This document shows positions 19,549 through 28,347 of a DNA stretch of 64,000 nt, piece by piece (the stretch's first letter is position 1; every line of letters starts with the position of its first letter). Below the pieces are notes generated by a model that ran no database searches, was not told the origin of the DNA, and saw only the letters and a list, made by a program, of their open reading frames with translations. Position numbers and translations under genes: made by a program. The DNA is taken from the NCBI GenBank assembly GCA_009841265.1, contig VXMB01000014.1, forward strand, positions 353,490 to 417,489, written 5' to 3'. This stretch comes from Gemmatimonadota bacterium. GTDB taxonomy: Bacteria > JAAXHH01.

Positions 19549-21071
19549 CGCGTACCCAGGAACAGCCGGCTCCGACCCGGTCCCGGTCCGACGCATCGAC
19601 GATCGCCCGGGGCGCGGCCGTCAATTTCATTGGAACGGTAGCGCGGCTGATCAAGTCCGTGTCGTTCATCGTCCTAACGCGGCTGTTCGGCGCCGAGATC
19701 TTTGGGTTGTACATGCTCGGGTGGACCATCGTGGACCTCGTGTCGAAGGTCGGCCAGTTCTCGCTGGACAAGGGGCTGGTCAATTTCATCCCGCGCATGC
19801 GCGAGGACGGGGAAACGGAGGCCATCCACCGGACCATCGCGCAGGCCCTGGGCGTGGGCCTGCTGCTGAGCGCAGGGATCGGCGCCGCGCTCTATGCCGC
19901 TGCGGCTCCCCTGGCGGACGGCCTGCTCGACAAGCCCCGGCTTGCCGGCATGCTTCGGCTGCTGGCGGTCGGCCTGCCGCTCATCGCCCTGACCCAGATT
20001 ATCCTGGGCGTCACCCGGGCGCATAAGGTCATGAAGCACGACGCCATGGTCCGGGGCGCGGTCGAGCCGCTGGTGCTGTTCGGGGCGGCCTGTGTCCTGT
20101 TCTACCTGGGCTGGCGCACCTACGGCATCGCCGCGGCCCACCTGGCCGCGCTGGCCTGCGGCCTGCTATACGCCGTTTACGTGTTTACGAGGTTCTATTC
20201 CTGGCGGGCCTGTCTTGCCCACCTGCGCGCACTGCGGGCCGTCACCCCGCTGACCCGCTTCTCGCTGCCGGTCATGGGCTATGAACTGGTCTACATGTTC
20301 ATGATCCGCCTGGACGTGCTCATGGTCGGCTACTTTCTGCCGGCCGCACAGGTGGGGGTTTACGTGATCGCGGTCGAAATCGCCCTGGTGACCAAGAAGG
20401 TCCGGCAGTGGTTCGACCCCGTTTTCAGTCCCATCGTGGCCGAACTGAATCACCGCAACGACCTGCGGCGGCTGGAGCTCAACCTGCGGCTGGTCACCCG
20501 GTGGGTGCTGACCATCGGCCTGGCGTTCCTCTGCGTGGTGTCGCTGGTCGGTAACGAACTGCTTGGACTTTTCGGATCCGAATTCGTCGCGGGATTCATG
20601 ACGATGGTCGTCCTGGCCATGAGCCAGGTCGTCTACGCCGCCATGGGTTCGGGCGATACCGTGCTCATCATGTCGGGCCGGCCCTGGCTGAATCTCGTGA
20701 ATACGGTCGCGGTCGTGGCGGTCAATTTCGTCCTGAACCTGTGGCTGATACCGGCCCTGGGCATCCTGGGCGCGGCCCTGGGAACGCTGGCGGCTTTCGG
20801 GCTGTTGACGCTGATCCGCCTGGCCGAAGTGTATCACCTGTTCCGGATCCTTCCCCTGTCCTGGCGCATCCTGAAGCCATGCGCCGCAGCGGTCCCCGCC
20901 TTCGCGTGCGCTTACCTGGCGGGCGTCTACGCGCCGGATATCCCGTGGCTTCGCATGGCCGCGCTGCCCACGATCTTCCTGGCCGCCTACCTCGGCGTCC
21001 TGGGTCTCCTGGGGTTGGAAGAGGATGACCGGGTCGCCCTTCGACGCTTGCGCGGACGGGGCCGACCATGA
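19545..21071 (+). CDS. Wzx/MOP-superfamily polysaccharide or lipid flippase-like membrane protein
   Basis: About 508 aa from MTRTQEQP. Roughly 12-14 TM helices. The start overlaps the methyltransferase stop as ATGA. Confidence 0.65.
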   Translation: MTRTQEQPAPTRSRSDASTIARGAAVNFIGTVARLIKSVSFIVLTRLFGAEIFGLYMLGWTIVDLVSKVGQFSLDKGLVNFIPRMREDGETEAIHRTIAQALGVGLLLSAGIGAALYAAAAPLADGLLDKPRLAGMLRLLAVGLPLIALTQIILGVTRAHKVMKHDAMVRGAVEPLVLFGAACVLFYLGWRTYGIAAAHLAALACGLLYAVYVFTRFYSWRACLAHLRALRAVTPLTRFSLPVMGYELVYMFMIRLDVLMVGYFLPAAQVGVYVIAVEIALVTKKVRQWFDPVFSPIVAELNHRNDLRRLELNLRLVTRWVLTIGLAFLCVVSLVGNELLGLFGSEFVAGFMTMVVLAMSQVVYAAMGSGDTVLIMSGRPWLNLVNTVAVVAVNFVLNLWLIPALGILGAALGTLAAFGLLTLIRLAEVYHLFRILPLSWRILKPCAAAVPAFACAYLAGVYAPDIPWLRMAALPTIFLAAYLGVLGLLGLEEDDRVALRRLRGRGRP

Positions 21072-22357
21072 GATTCAGCGTAGTCCTGTTCGCGGATACG
21101 GACGCCCTGGCGGCCGGAGCCGGCCGGTCGATTTACGGCATATCGCTGCTGGAGCGACACCTCCGGGTCTTCGCATCCCTGGGGGCCCGGCAGGTCACGG
21201 TCGTCGGACCTTCGCCCGGGCGGGGATCGAACGTCCGGGAATCGAATATCCGGGTCGAGGGATTCGACGATCGCTGGTTCCGGGAACTGGACGCCGTCCA
21301 TTACGTACGTGCGGACGAAAGCCCCACCCGGTGGCTGCCCGGGAAGGACGAAAGGGCCCTGGTCATGGACGCCGGCCACCTGTACGACCCTCGGGTTCTA
21401 CGGGCCATGATCGACGGCAGCCCGAACCGGAGAGCCGAGGACTCGTCGGTCAGGGAATCCTGCAGGCTGCTGGTGGCGGACGCGGACCTCCTTGCAGGGA
21501 TCACGACGTCCTGGACCGGCTCCGAGTCGCTGTGGTCCGCGCTGGACTCGGTGCAGGAATCGGCCTGCCCGGTATTCGACCTGCGCGAAATGGATCCCTA
21601 TATCGTGGATCTGAGACGAAGTCTGCCCCCCTGGTGGCTGGTCGTCGATTCGGACCTGAAGATCCGCCGTGCGGAGGCCCTGCTGACCGACGCCGCGCAG
21701 AAGGGCACGCTGGATTTTCCCGCGGAGTTCATCCATCCGCCCCTTGAAAACCTGCTTACGAAATGGATTTCGGCCAGTACTGTGACGCCGAACCAGGTAA
21801 CCACCCTCTCTATACTGCTCGCCTTTCTGACCACCGGTCTTCTGGCCGCGGGACAGATGGGTACGGGATACCTGGCCGCCGGACTGGCGATCGCCTTTAT
21901 CGTCGGGGTGCTGGACGGTGTCGACGGCAAGTTGGCCCGCGTGACGGTGCGGTGCACCCGGTTCGGGGACCGTTACGAACATATCCTTGATGTGGTCTGG
22001 GAACTGACCTGGTATTGGGCACTGGGGTGGATGCTCAGTGCCGGCGGCGAGGCGGTCGGTCCTTTTGTGCTCGCCACGGTGATCACGTTATTTTACCTGT
22101 TTGACAAGGCGGCCACGGGGATGTTCAAGTCCAGGCAGGGCATAGAACTGTTTGACTATGCGCCCGTGGATCGCTTCTTTCGCCGTATCGGCGCCCGGCG
22201 AAATACGAATGTCCTGTTGCTGCTCGCGGGTATGGCGGTCGGCATGCTGGAGGAAGCGTTCACCTGCGTGGCGATCTGGACGGTGATCACGGCGGCGTTC
22301 CATTGGACGCGGGCGATCTGGCTGCTGTCGCAACCGTCGCCTGCCGACAGGTCCTGA
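21068..22357 (+). CDS. CDP-alcohol phosphotransferase with a divergent N-terminal cytoplasmic (nucleotidyltransferase-like?) domain
   Basis: 429 aa. The C-terminal TM domain has a canonical DGVDGKLARVTVRCTRFGDRYEHILD motif. The N-terminal 230 aa show no clear G-x-G-T-R motif. The start overlaps the flippase stop. Confidence 0.65.
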   Translation: MRFSVVLFADTDALAAGAGRSIYGISLLERHLRVFASLGARQVTVVGPSPGRGSNVRESNIRVEGFDDRWFRELDAVHYVRADESPTRWLPGKDERALVMDAGHLYDPRVLRAMIDGSPNRRAEDSSVRESCRLLVADADLLAGITTSWTGSESLWSALDSVQESACPVFDLREMDPYIVDLRRSLPPWWLVVDSDLKIRRAEALLTDAAQKGTLDFPAEFIHPPLENLLTKWISASTVTPNQVTTLSILLAFLTTGLLAAGQMGTGYLAAGLAIAFIVGVLDGVDGKLARVTVRCTRFGDRYEHILDVVWELTWYWALGWMLSAGGEAVGPFVLATVITLFYLFDKAATGMFKSRQGIELFDYAPVDRFFRRIGARRNTNVLLLLAGMAVGMLEEAFTCVAIWTVITAAFHWTRAIWLLSQPSPADRS

Positions 22358-22646
22358 TTCCGCCGGTCGAGAGAACTAAGGGAACCGGGTACGCTCGCCG
22401 GATGTGCCACTTCCGTGCATGGACCGGCCATCGCTATTTGTTGGATCAATAGGTGGACAGATGCGTCTAATATACTTGAGAAAGCGAGCATTTACGATTG
22501 CGGTGGGTCGACGCGTGAAGCGAGTCGGCGATTACGGCGACCACAGTGAGTCGGCGACTACATCGATTATGGCGGGTCGGCGACCACAGATATCACGGCG
22601 CGTCGACCCGTACGGTGAGAAGACCCCTGCGAGAAGCGGAGGCATC

Positions 22647-24050
22647 GTGTTTCGTGTTCTGGCTCACATCCTGGCGGTATTGCTGATCGCGGGGCCGGTA
22701 TTCGCGCAGAGCCCGAACGGACCCGTCCAGGCCGACCAGGATGACCAGGCCGTCCGGTCCGTCCAGGCTGTCCGGATGACGCTGGAACAATGCGTGGATC
22801 GGGCGCTGCGGGTCAGTCCGGATATCGAACAGGCTGTCCTTACCGTCGAAGGCCTGGAAGCCAGGTTGAGCGAAGCGAGATTCGCGGGCATCACACCCCG
22901 GTTGCAATGGACCAATATCTTCGGTCCCGCGCCGGGCATAGAAGGCGACACGGAACAGATCGAGACCATCCGGAGCGACCTGACCGATCTGGGCGTTTTC
23001 TCACGCACGCAGATCGAACTGGTTCAGCCACTGTACACCTTCGGGAAGCTCAGTAACGCGAAGAAGGCGGCCGGGTACGGTCTCGAAGCGGGCGAGGCGG
23101 CCGTGGAATCCCGGAAGTTCGACGTGGCGTTCCAGGTGAAGAAGCTGTTCTACGGACTCGTACTGGCGGGGGAACTCAGGGACATCATCCTGGATAGCGT
23201 AGAAAAGGTACAGGAGGCCCGGGACCGCGTAAACGAGATGATCGAGGAGGACTCGGAAGACGTCGGCCAGAACGACCTGTTGAAAATCGATGTCTTCGAA
23301 TTCGAGGTGCAGCAGAGCCGGGCGCGGGCCGAGAAGTCGATCGAAATGGGGAGGGCGGCGCTGAAGACCCTGCTCGAAATAGACCGCTCCGTTGATTTCG
23401 ATATCGTCCATACAGCCGCGGAGATCGAACCGGCGGACCTCGAAGAACTGGACGATTATATAGAACGGGCGAAGAACCGGCGGTACGACATCCGGCAGCT
23501 GAGGGCCGGAGTGCTGGCCCGCCGGGCGCTGCTGAAGGTGGCCAGGAGCGACTTCTACCCCCAGATCGCCCTGGCGGGATCGCTCCAGTGGGGCATCGCA
23601 CCGCACAGGCCGGAGCTCGACAATCCTTTTCTCAGGGACGAGTTCAATTTCCTTCGCGGCGGTGCCGTGATTACCTTGCGCCAGAACTTCAACTTCGGCC
23701 TGACCCGCGCGAAGTACATTGCCCGCAAGGTGGAACTGGAAGCGCTGGTGAGCAAGGAATCCCAGGCGATGAGCGCGGTCGCGCTGCAGGTGGAGCAGAC
23801 CTACCGCGACGTGATCGAGGCCCGTACCAACGTGGTCAACAGCGACCGGGCCCTTCGCTCCGCCAGGGCATGGCTGACATCGGCTCAACTGGGTTTCGAT
23901 GTTACCGGAGACAGTTCGGAACTGCTGGACGCGTTTACCGCGCATGCGAAGATGCAACATGCGTACCGGCAGTCGCTGTACCAGTACCGGGTTTCGCTGG
24001 CCGAACTCGGTCATGTGACCGGCAACGGGATTTACAATGGGCGGCGCTGA
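22647..24050 (+). CDS. TolC-family outer-membrane efflux protein
   Basis: GTG start 5 nt after GGAGG. Signal peptide VFRVLAHILAVLLIAGPVFAQ. Two repeated coiled-coil/barrel halves typical of OEP family members. Confidence 0.7.
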   Translation: MFRVLAHILAVLLIAGPVFAQSPNGPVQADQDDQAVRSVQAVRMTLEQCVDRALRVSPDIEQAVLTVEGLEARLSEARFAGITPRLQWTNIFGPAPGIEGDTEQIETIRSDLTDLGVFSRTQIELVQPLYTFGKLSNAKKAAGYGLEAGEAAVESRKFDVAFQVKKLFYGLVLAGELRDIILDSVEKVQEARDRVNEMIEEDSEDVGQNDLLKIDVFEFEVQQSRARAEKSIEMGRAALKTLLEIDRSVDFDIVHTAAEIEPADLEELDDYIERAKNRRYDIRQLRAGVLARRALLKVARSDFYPQIALAGSLQWGIAPHRPELDNPFLRDEFNFLRGGAVITLRQNFNFGLTRAKYIARKVELEALVSKESQAMSAVALQVEQTYRDVIEARTNVVNSDRALRSARAWLTSAQLGFDVTGDSSELLDAFTAHAKMQHAYRQSLYQYRVSLAELGHVTGNGIYNGRR

Positions 24051-24083
24051 TCACGGTGCCGCGTTTGAAGCACGGAACGGAGG

Positions 24084-25070
24084 ATGGGAATGAACCATAG
24101 GCGTGGGGAGGCGGGTTTGGGACGTGGTACATCGGCGCGCAAGGCGCGGTGCACGCCGGCGTACAAGGTGCAGAGCACGCCGGCAAGCAGAGCGCGGGGT
24201 TGGCCGGCCGGCAGGGCGTTCGGATTGCTGGCGGGCGCGGGCCTGCTGATCTGCGCCGCGTTCATCGATCCGTCTTCCGTCCTTCGCACGGACTCGGAGC
24301 CACAGGTGCTGACGGCCCCAGAGTCCAGGACGGCCTGGACGGTTTGGCCGCGGACCGCCTCGTTCTTTCCGGGTGTCGCGCGGGCGGACCATGCGGACCA
24401 TGCGGGCTATGCGGACTATGCGTCCCCTCCCCAGCGGGGCGATGGCCAACGAAAGTCCATCACGATCGAAGCCTTCGACGATTCGGCCCCGGGCGGCTTT
24501 CCCCTGACCTGGAAAGCCTGGCGGGGCGACGACGACCTGGCCCGCAGTTTGTACACGATACGGGAGGAGAAGGGCAACCGGTATCTCCACGCGGCAGACG
24601 ACGGCTCCTCCGTCATCATTCTCAAGCAAGTCAATGAATGGGATGCGAACGAATACCCGGTGCTGTCCTGGCGATGGAGGGCGACGGTCCTGCCCGAAGA
24701 CGGCGATGAACGCATCCGATCCAAAAACGACAGTTCCGTGGCCGTATACGTGGTCCTGGACCAGAACTTCATCGGCGTGCCCAAGACCCTGAAATATGTC
24801 TGGAGCACCACCGTGCCGGTCGGTACCCATTACCGCCGCGAAGGTATCGGCCGCCCCCACGTGATCGTACTCGAGACCGGAAAGGAGAAACTCGGACAGT
24901 GGGTCGAGGAGTCGGTCGACGTGCATGCGGACTATGTCCGGATCTTCGGGAAGAAGCCGCCCAGGAAAGCCGTCGGGATCGGCATTCTGACGGATGGCAA
25001 CGCGACGGGAACGGATTCCAGGGGAGATTACGACGACTTCGTGGTTCATCGCCGGGACTCCGGGTCCTGA
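24084..25070 (+). CDS. DUF3047-like secreted/membrane-anchored protein
   Basis: 328 aa. Hydrophobic N-terminal anchor. The C-terminal about 200 aa (FPLTWKAWRGDD…VLSWRWRATVLPEDGDE…YVVLDQNF) resembles the DUF3047 family. Assigned from memory only. Confidence 0.45.
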   Translation: MGMNHRRGEAGLGRGTSARKARCTPAYKVQSTPASRARGWPAGRAFGLLAGAGLLICAAFIDPSSVLRTDSEPQVLTAPESRTAWTVWPRTASFFPGVARADHADHAGYADYASPPQRGDGQRKSITIEAFDDSAPGGFPLTWKAWRGDDDLARSLYTIREEKGNRYLHAADDGSSVIILKQVNEWDANEYPVLSWRWRATVLPEDGDERIRSKNDSSVAVYVVLDQNFIGVPKTLKYVWSTTVPVGTHYRREGIGRPHVIVLETGKEKLGQWVEESVDVHADYVRIFGKKPPRKAVGIGILTDGNATGTDSRGDYDDFVVHRRDSGS

Positions 25071-25104
25071 TCCGGCCTGCAGCAAGAAAGGATGGAGGTG
25101 GGAA

Positions 25105-25704
25105 ATGCATGTGAATCGCCGTGCGGTCCGCCGCCTGGGACGCTTTACCGCCTGGGCTGCGGTGTCGCTGCTGGCTTTCGGGAGTTACGCGCAGGAATAC
25201 TCGCCCATCGAGACGCTGAAGCAGCGGGACGCCGCGCTACGCGCCCTGGACGGGGCCGCCACCGAAGCGGCAATGGACAGCCTGGTGCGCCATGCCGTCG
25301 TCTCCGGGTTCGATTTCGAACGGCACAGCCGCATTTCACTCGGCAGGCACTGGCGGGAGCGGACGGACACCGAGCGGGAGGAGTTCGTTTCGGTCCTGCG
25401 CAGGTGGACCGAAAGCCGGGCACTGGACAAGCTGCGCAAGCGATCGGACAGGACGACGTACGACGGGGAAGAAACCCGGGGCAGCCGGTCGCTGGTGAGA
25501 ACGACGCTATGGTACAAGGGCACTAAAACGCTCGTCGATTACAAGATGGAGCTCAAAGCGGGCGAATGGCTCATCTATGACATGGTGATCGACGGGGCGA
25601 GTGTCGCGCTGGCCAACCGGGACGCATTCTACAAGAAGATCAGCAGGACATCCTACGACGAATTGCTCAACACCCTGCGTGCGAAAACCCTTGAAATAGA
25701 ATAG
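25105..25704 (+). CDS. MlaC/Ttg2D-family periplasmic lipid-binding protein
   Basis: Starts MHVNRRAVRRLGRFTAWAAVSLLAFGSYA (signal peptide). GGAGG RBS. Typical MlaC length and helical composition. Confidence 0.65.
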   Translation: MHVNRRAVRRLGRFTAWAAVSLLAFGSYAQEYSPIETLKQRDAALRALDGAATEAAMDSLVRHAVVSGFDFERHSRISLGRHWRERTDTEREEFVSVLRRWTESRALDKLRKRSDRTTYDGEETRGSRSLVRTTLWYKGTKTLVDYKMELKAGEWLIYDMVIDGASVALANRDAFYKKISRTSYDELLNTLRAKTLEIE

Positions 25705-25784
25705 CGAAACGAGTATACTTTCAAGCCTGTACTGTATACTCGAATTGAGTAATGTAACGATGTCCTATGTTTTTAGGAGACGGA

Positions 25785-27227
25785 ATGGCGGCGACTGCCT
25801 ACAATCGATGTATCTTTTTCCTCGTCGACGGCGCACGGGAAGACGTCATGCGGAAAATGATCGAGGCCGGCGAACTTCCGTCCCTGCGGCGATACATCCT
25901 CGACCGGGGAGATTACCGGAAAGCGGTGACCTCGTTCCCGTCCACGACCGGTCCGGCCCATGTGCCCTTTTTGACCGGCTGTACGCCCGGTACGTGCAAT
26001 CTCCCCGGCATCCGCTGGTTCGACCGGTCCCAGCCGGAGGGGCTTACCCATTTCCGGCAGGCGCGCAGTTACGTGGGACCGGGTGGACTTTATATCGACA
26101 GCGATCTTAGGGACGGTATCCACACCATCTTCGAATATTTCGAACGCCCGGCGGGGGTGTTCAGCCTGGTGAACAAGGGGTTGGGCATATTCGAAAACCG
26201 GACGTTGCTGACCAGGAACTGGTACCTGTATTACGCCCATTTATCCGGCCGGTGGCAGGTCATGGACGCCGCGGCCTGGAGGTACATCGACCGGGCCGTC
26301 GACCGGGGCGTGGATTTCCTGTCGGTCGTATTCCCGGCGGTGGACGAATACTCCCATTATACCGATCCGTTTTCGGACACCACGTTGGAGGCCTACCGGG
26401 CATTCGACCGGGGATTCGGCGGGCTGGCGGAGCGGCTTCAGCAGCTGAACATGCTGGACGACACGCTTCTCGTGGTCTCCAGCGATCATGGCCTGACCTC
26501 CACCCATACGCATTTCGAGCTATGGTCCTTTCTCGACGAAATCGGATTCAATACGCTGTACTATCCCCGGATCCTGCGCGGTGGATGCGACGCGGCAATG
26601 ATGGTCTCGGGCAACGGCATGGCGCATATCTACCTGAAGAAGGGCGAAACCTGGGAAGAAAGGCCTTCATACGATGAGATCCGCGCATTGGGGGAAACCG
26701 ATCCCATCGAGGCCCTGCTCGAACAGGAGGCGGTAGACCTGGTGGCGGCGACCCGGGAGGACTCGGTCATCGTCTGCGGGCGCCGGGGGATCAGTGAAAT
26801 CAGGGAGATGCCCGGCGGTATCGGGTACCGGGTGCTCGAGGGCAAGGATCCTTTCGGCTACGGCGGCATGCCGGCCGAAGCGTCCCATGAGCAGATGCTC
26901 TCCGCCACGTACGACTCGGACTATCCCGACGCGCTTTACCAACTGCTGCGCGTCTTCGGTTCGCCGCGGTCCGGAGACATGATCGTCAGCGCCCGAAAGG
27001 GCTACGATCTGAGATTCCGGCATGAACATCCCGAGCACAAGTCGACCCACGGTTCATTGCATCGCGACCATATGCACGTGCCTTTGATGATGAACACGGA
27101 CATTGCGGCGGAATGCGTCCGCACCGTGGACGTGTTCCCCGCCATGCTGAACCTGACGGGACGTTCCGTCAGGGGTACCATAGACGGCAGAGATTCCGTC
27201 ACCGCCGCCACGCGCGCGGTGGCGTAG
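25785..27227 (+). CDS. alkaline-phosphatase-superfamily phosphodiesterase/nucleotide pyrophosphatase-like enzyme
   Basis: 481 aa from MAATAYNRCIFFLVDGARED (metal-binding D-G-x-R). AGGAG RBS. Type I phosphodiesterase fold signatures (SFPSTTGPAH, SSDHG). Confidence 0.65.
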   Translation: MAATAYNRCIFFLVDGAREDVMRKMIEAGELPSLRRYILDRGDYRKAVTSFPSTTGPAHVPFLTGCTPGTCNLPGIRWFDRSQPEGLTHFRQARSYVGPGGLYIDSDLRDGIHTIFEYFERPAGVFSLVNKGLGIFENRTLLTRNWYLYYAHLSGRWQVMDAAAWRYIDRAVDRGVDFLSVVFPAVDEYSHYTDPFSDTTLEAYRAFDRGFGGLAERLQQLNMLDDTLLVVSSDHGLTSTHTHFELWSFLDEIGFNTLYYPRILRGGCDAAMMVSGNGMAHIYLKKGETWEERPSYDEIRALGETDPIEALLEQEAVDLVAATREDSVIVCGRRGISEIREMPGGIGYRVLEGKDPFGYGGMPAEASHEQMLSATYDSDYPDALYQLLRVFGSPRSGDMIVSARKGYDLRFRHEHPEHKSTHGSLHRDHMHVPLMMNTDIAAECVRTVDVFPAMLNLTGRSVRGTIDGRDSVTAATRAVA

Positions 27228-27237
27228 GAGCATATTC

Positions 27238-28347
27238 ATGTCCGAACAGGTTCAGATCTCACCGGCGGTGGAACCCATCGCGCCGTCTCCCGCGCATCCC
27301 GGACCACCCGCACCGCCCGTACTGCAGCCGGACGCGGGCTATCTCGGATACGACCGCACGTTGTTGCGGCCCATGTCCTTCGCCACGAAGCTTCGCGCCT
27401 TGCTCAAATACGTTTGGGTGCGAATAAAGGGCGGACCGATGGCGGTAAACATGGAGGTGACCTACCTCTGCAACGCCACCTGCGATTTCTGTGATTACTG
27501 GAAGACGAAACGTTCGGGCAAGCTGGGCGACTACGATTACGTGGCGGCGCTTCGGAAGCTGAACCCCCTGACGGTCACCCTGACCGGCGGCGAACCCACG
27601 ATCAACAAGCAACTGCCCGAGGCGGTCAGGCGCATCAAGGAATCCCTGGGATTCGTCTACATCGGCATGGTCACCCACGGATCTCTTCTGACCGTGGAAA
27701 AGGCCATGGCCCTGTGGGATGCCGGCCTGGACCACATCTCGATTTCGTTGAATTACATCGGACGCGAACATGACGAGGAACGGGGCATCGAGGGTCTCTA
27801 CGAGCATATCACCACGCTCGTGCCCCATTTGACGGCCCGGGGGGTCAACGTGATCTTCAACACAGTGATCATGCGGGAGAACCTGGACCACGTCGTACCC
27901 ATAGCGCACCTGGCGCGTACCATGGGCGCGAAGGTTTCCTACAGCTGTTACAGCGACTTCAAGAACGGGAACGAAACCCACCTGGTGGATTCGGCCCACG
28001 CCGAACGGCTGGAGTCCGTGATCGAAGATCTGATTTATCAGAAATCACGCTTAGGGAACATCGTCAGTTCCGCCTGGTACTTGCGCCGCATTCCCGCCTA
28101 TTTCCAGGATTCCCTACCACGGTCCTGCACGGCGGCGGGCAAGTGGCTGGTGCAACTGACCCCCGACGGTGACATAAAGACCTGCGCGGAACTGCCCGTA
28201 TCGTCCGGATACGCCGACTTCAAAAAGGTCTCGAAGAAGATCGACTGCAACCGGTGCTGGTACAGTTGCCGGGGCGAGACGGAATCTTCGTTAAAGATCG
28301 GAAGGTTGCTGGAGGGCCTGGAAAGGGTCTGGAAAGCGGGCGTCTAA
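27238..28347 (+). CDS. radical SAM enzyme (C-terminal Cys-rich, SPASM/twitch-like)
   Basis: 369 aa. CNATCDFCDYW (CxxxCxxC). C-terminal cysteines CTAAG…C…CNRCWYSC. Confidence 0.7.
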   Translation: MSEQVQISPAVEPIAPSPAHPGPPAPPVLQPDAGYLGYDRTLLRPMSFATKLRALLKYVWVRIKGGPMAVNMEVTYLCNATCDFCDYWKTKRSGKLGDYDYVAALRKLNPLTVTLTGGEPTINKQLPEAVRRIKESLGFVYIGMVTHGSLLTVEKAMALWDAGLDHISISLNYIGREHDEERGIEGLYEHITTLVPHLTARGVNVIFNTVIMRENLDHVVPIAHLARTMGAKVSYSCYSDFKNGNETHLVDSAHAERLESVIEDLIYQKSRLGNIVSSAWYLRRIPAYFQDSLPRSCTAAGKWLVQLTPDGDIKTCAELPVSSGYADFKKVSKKIDCNRCWYSCRGETESSLKIGRLLEGLERVWKAGV

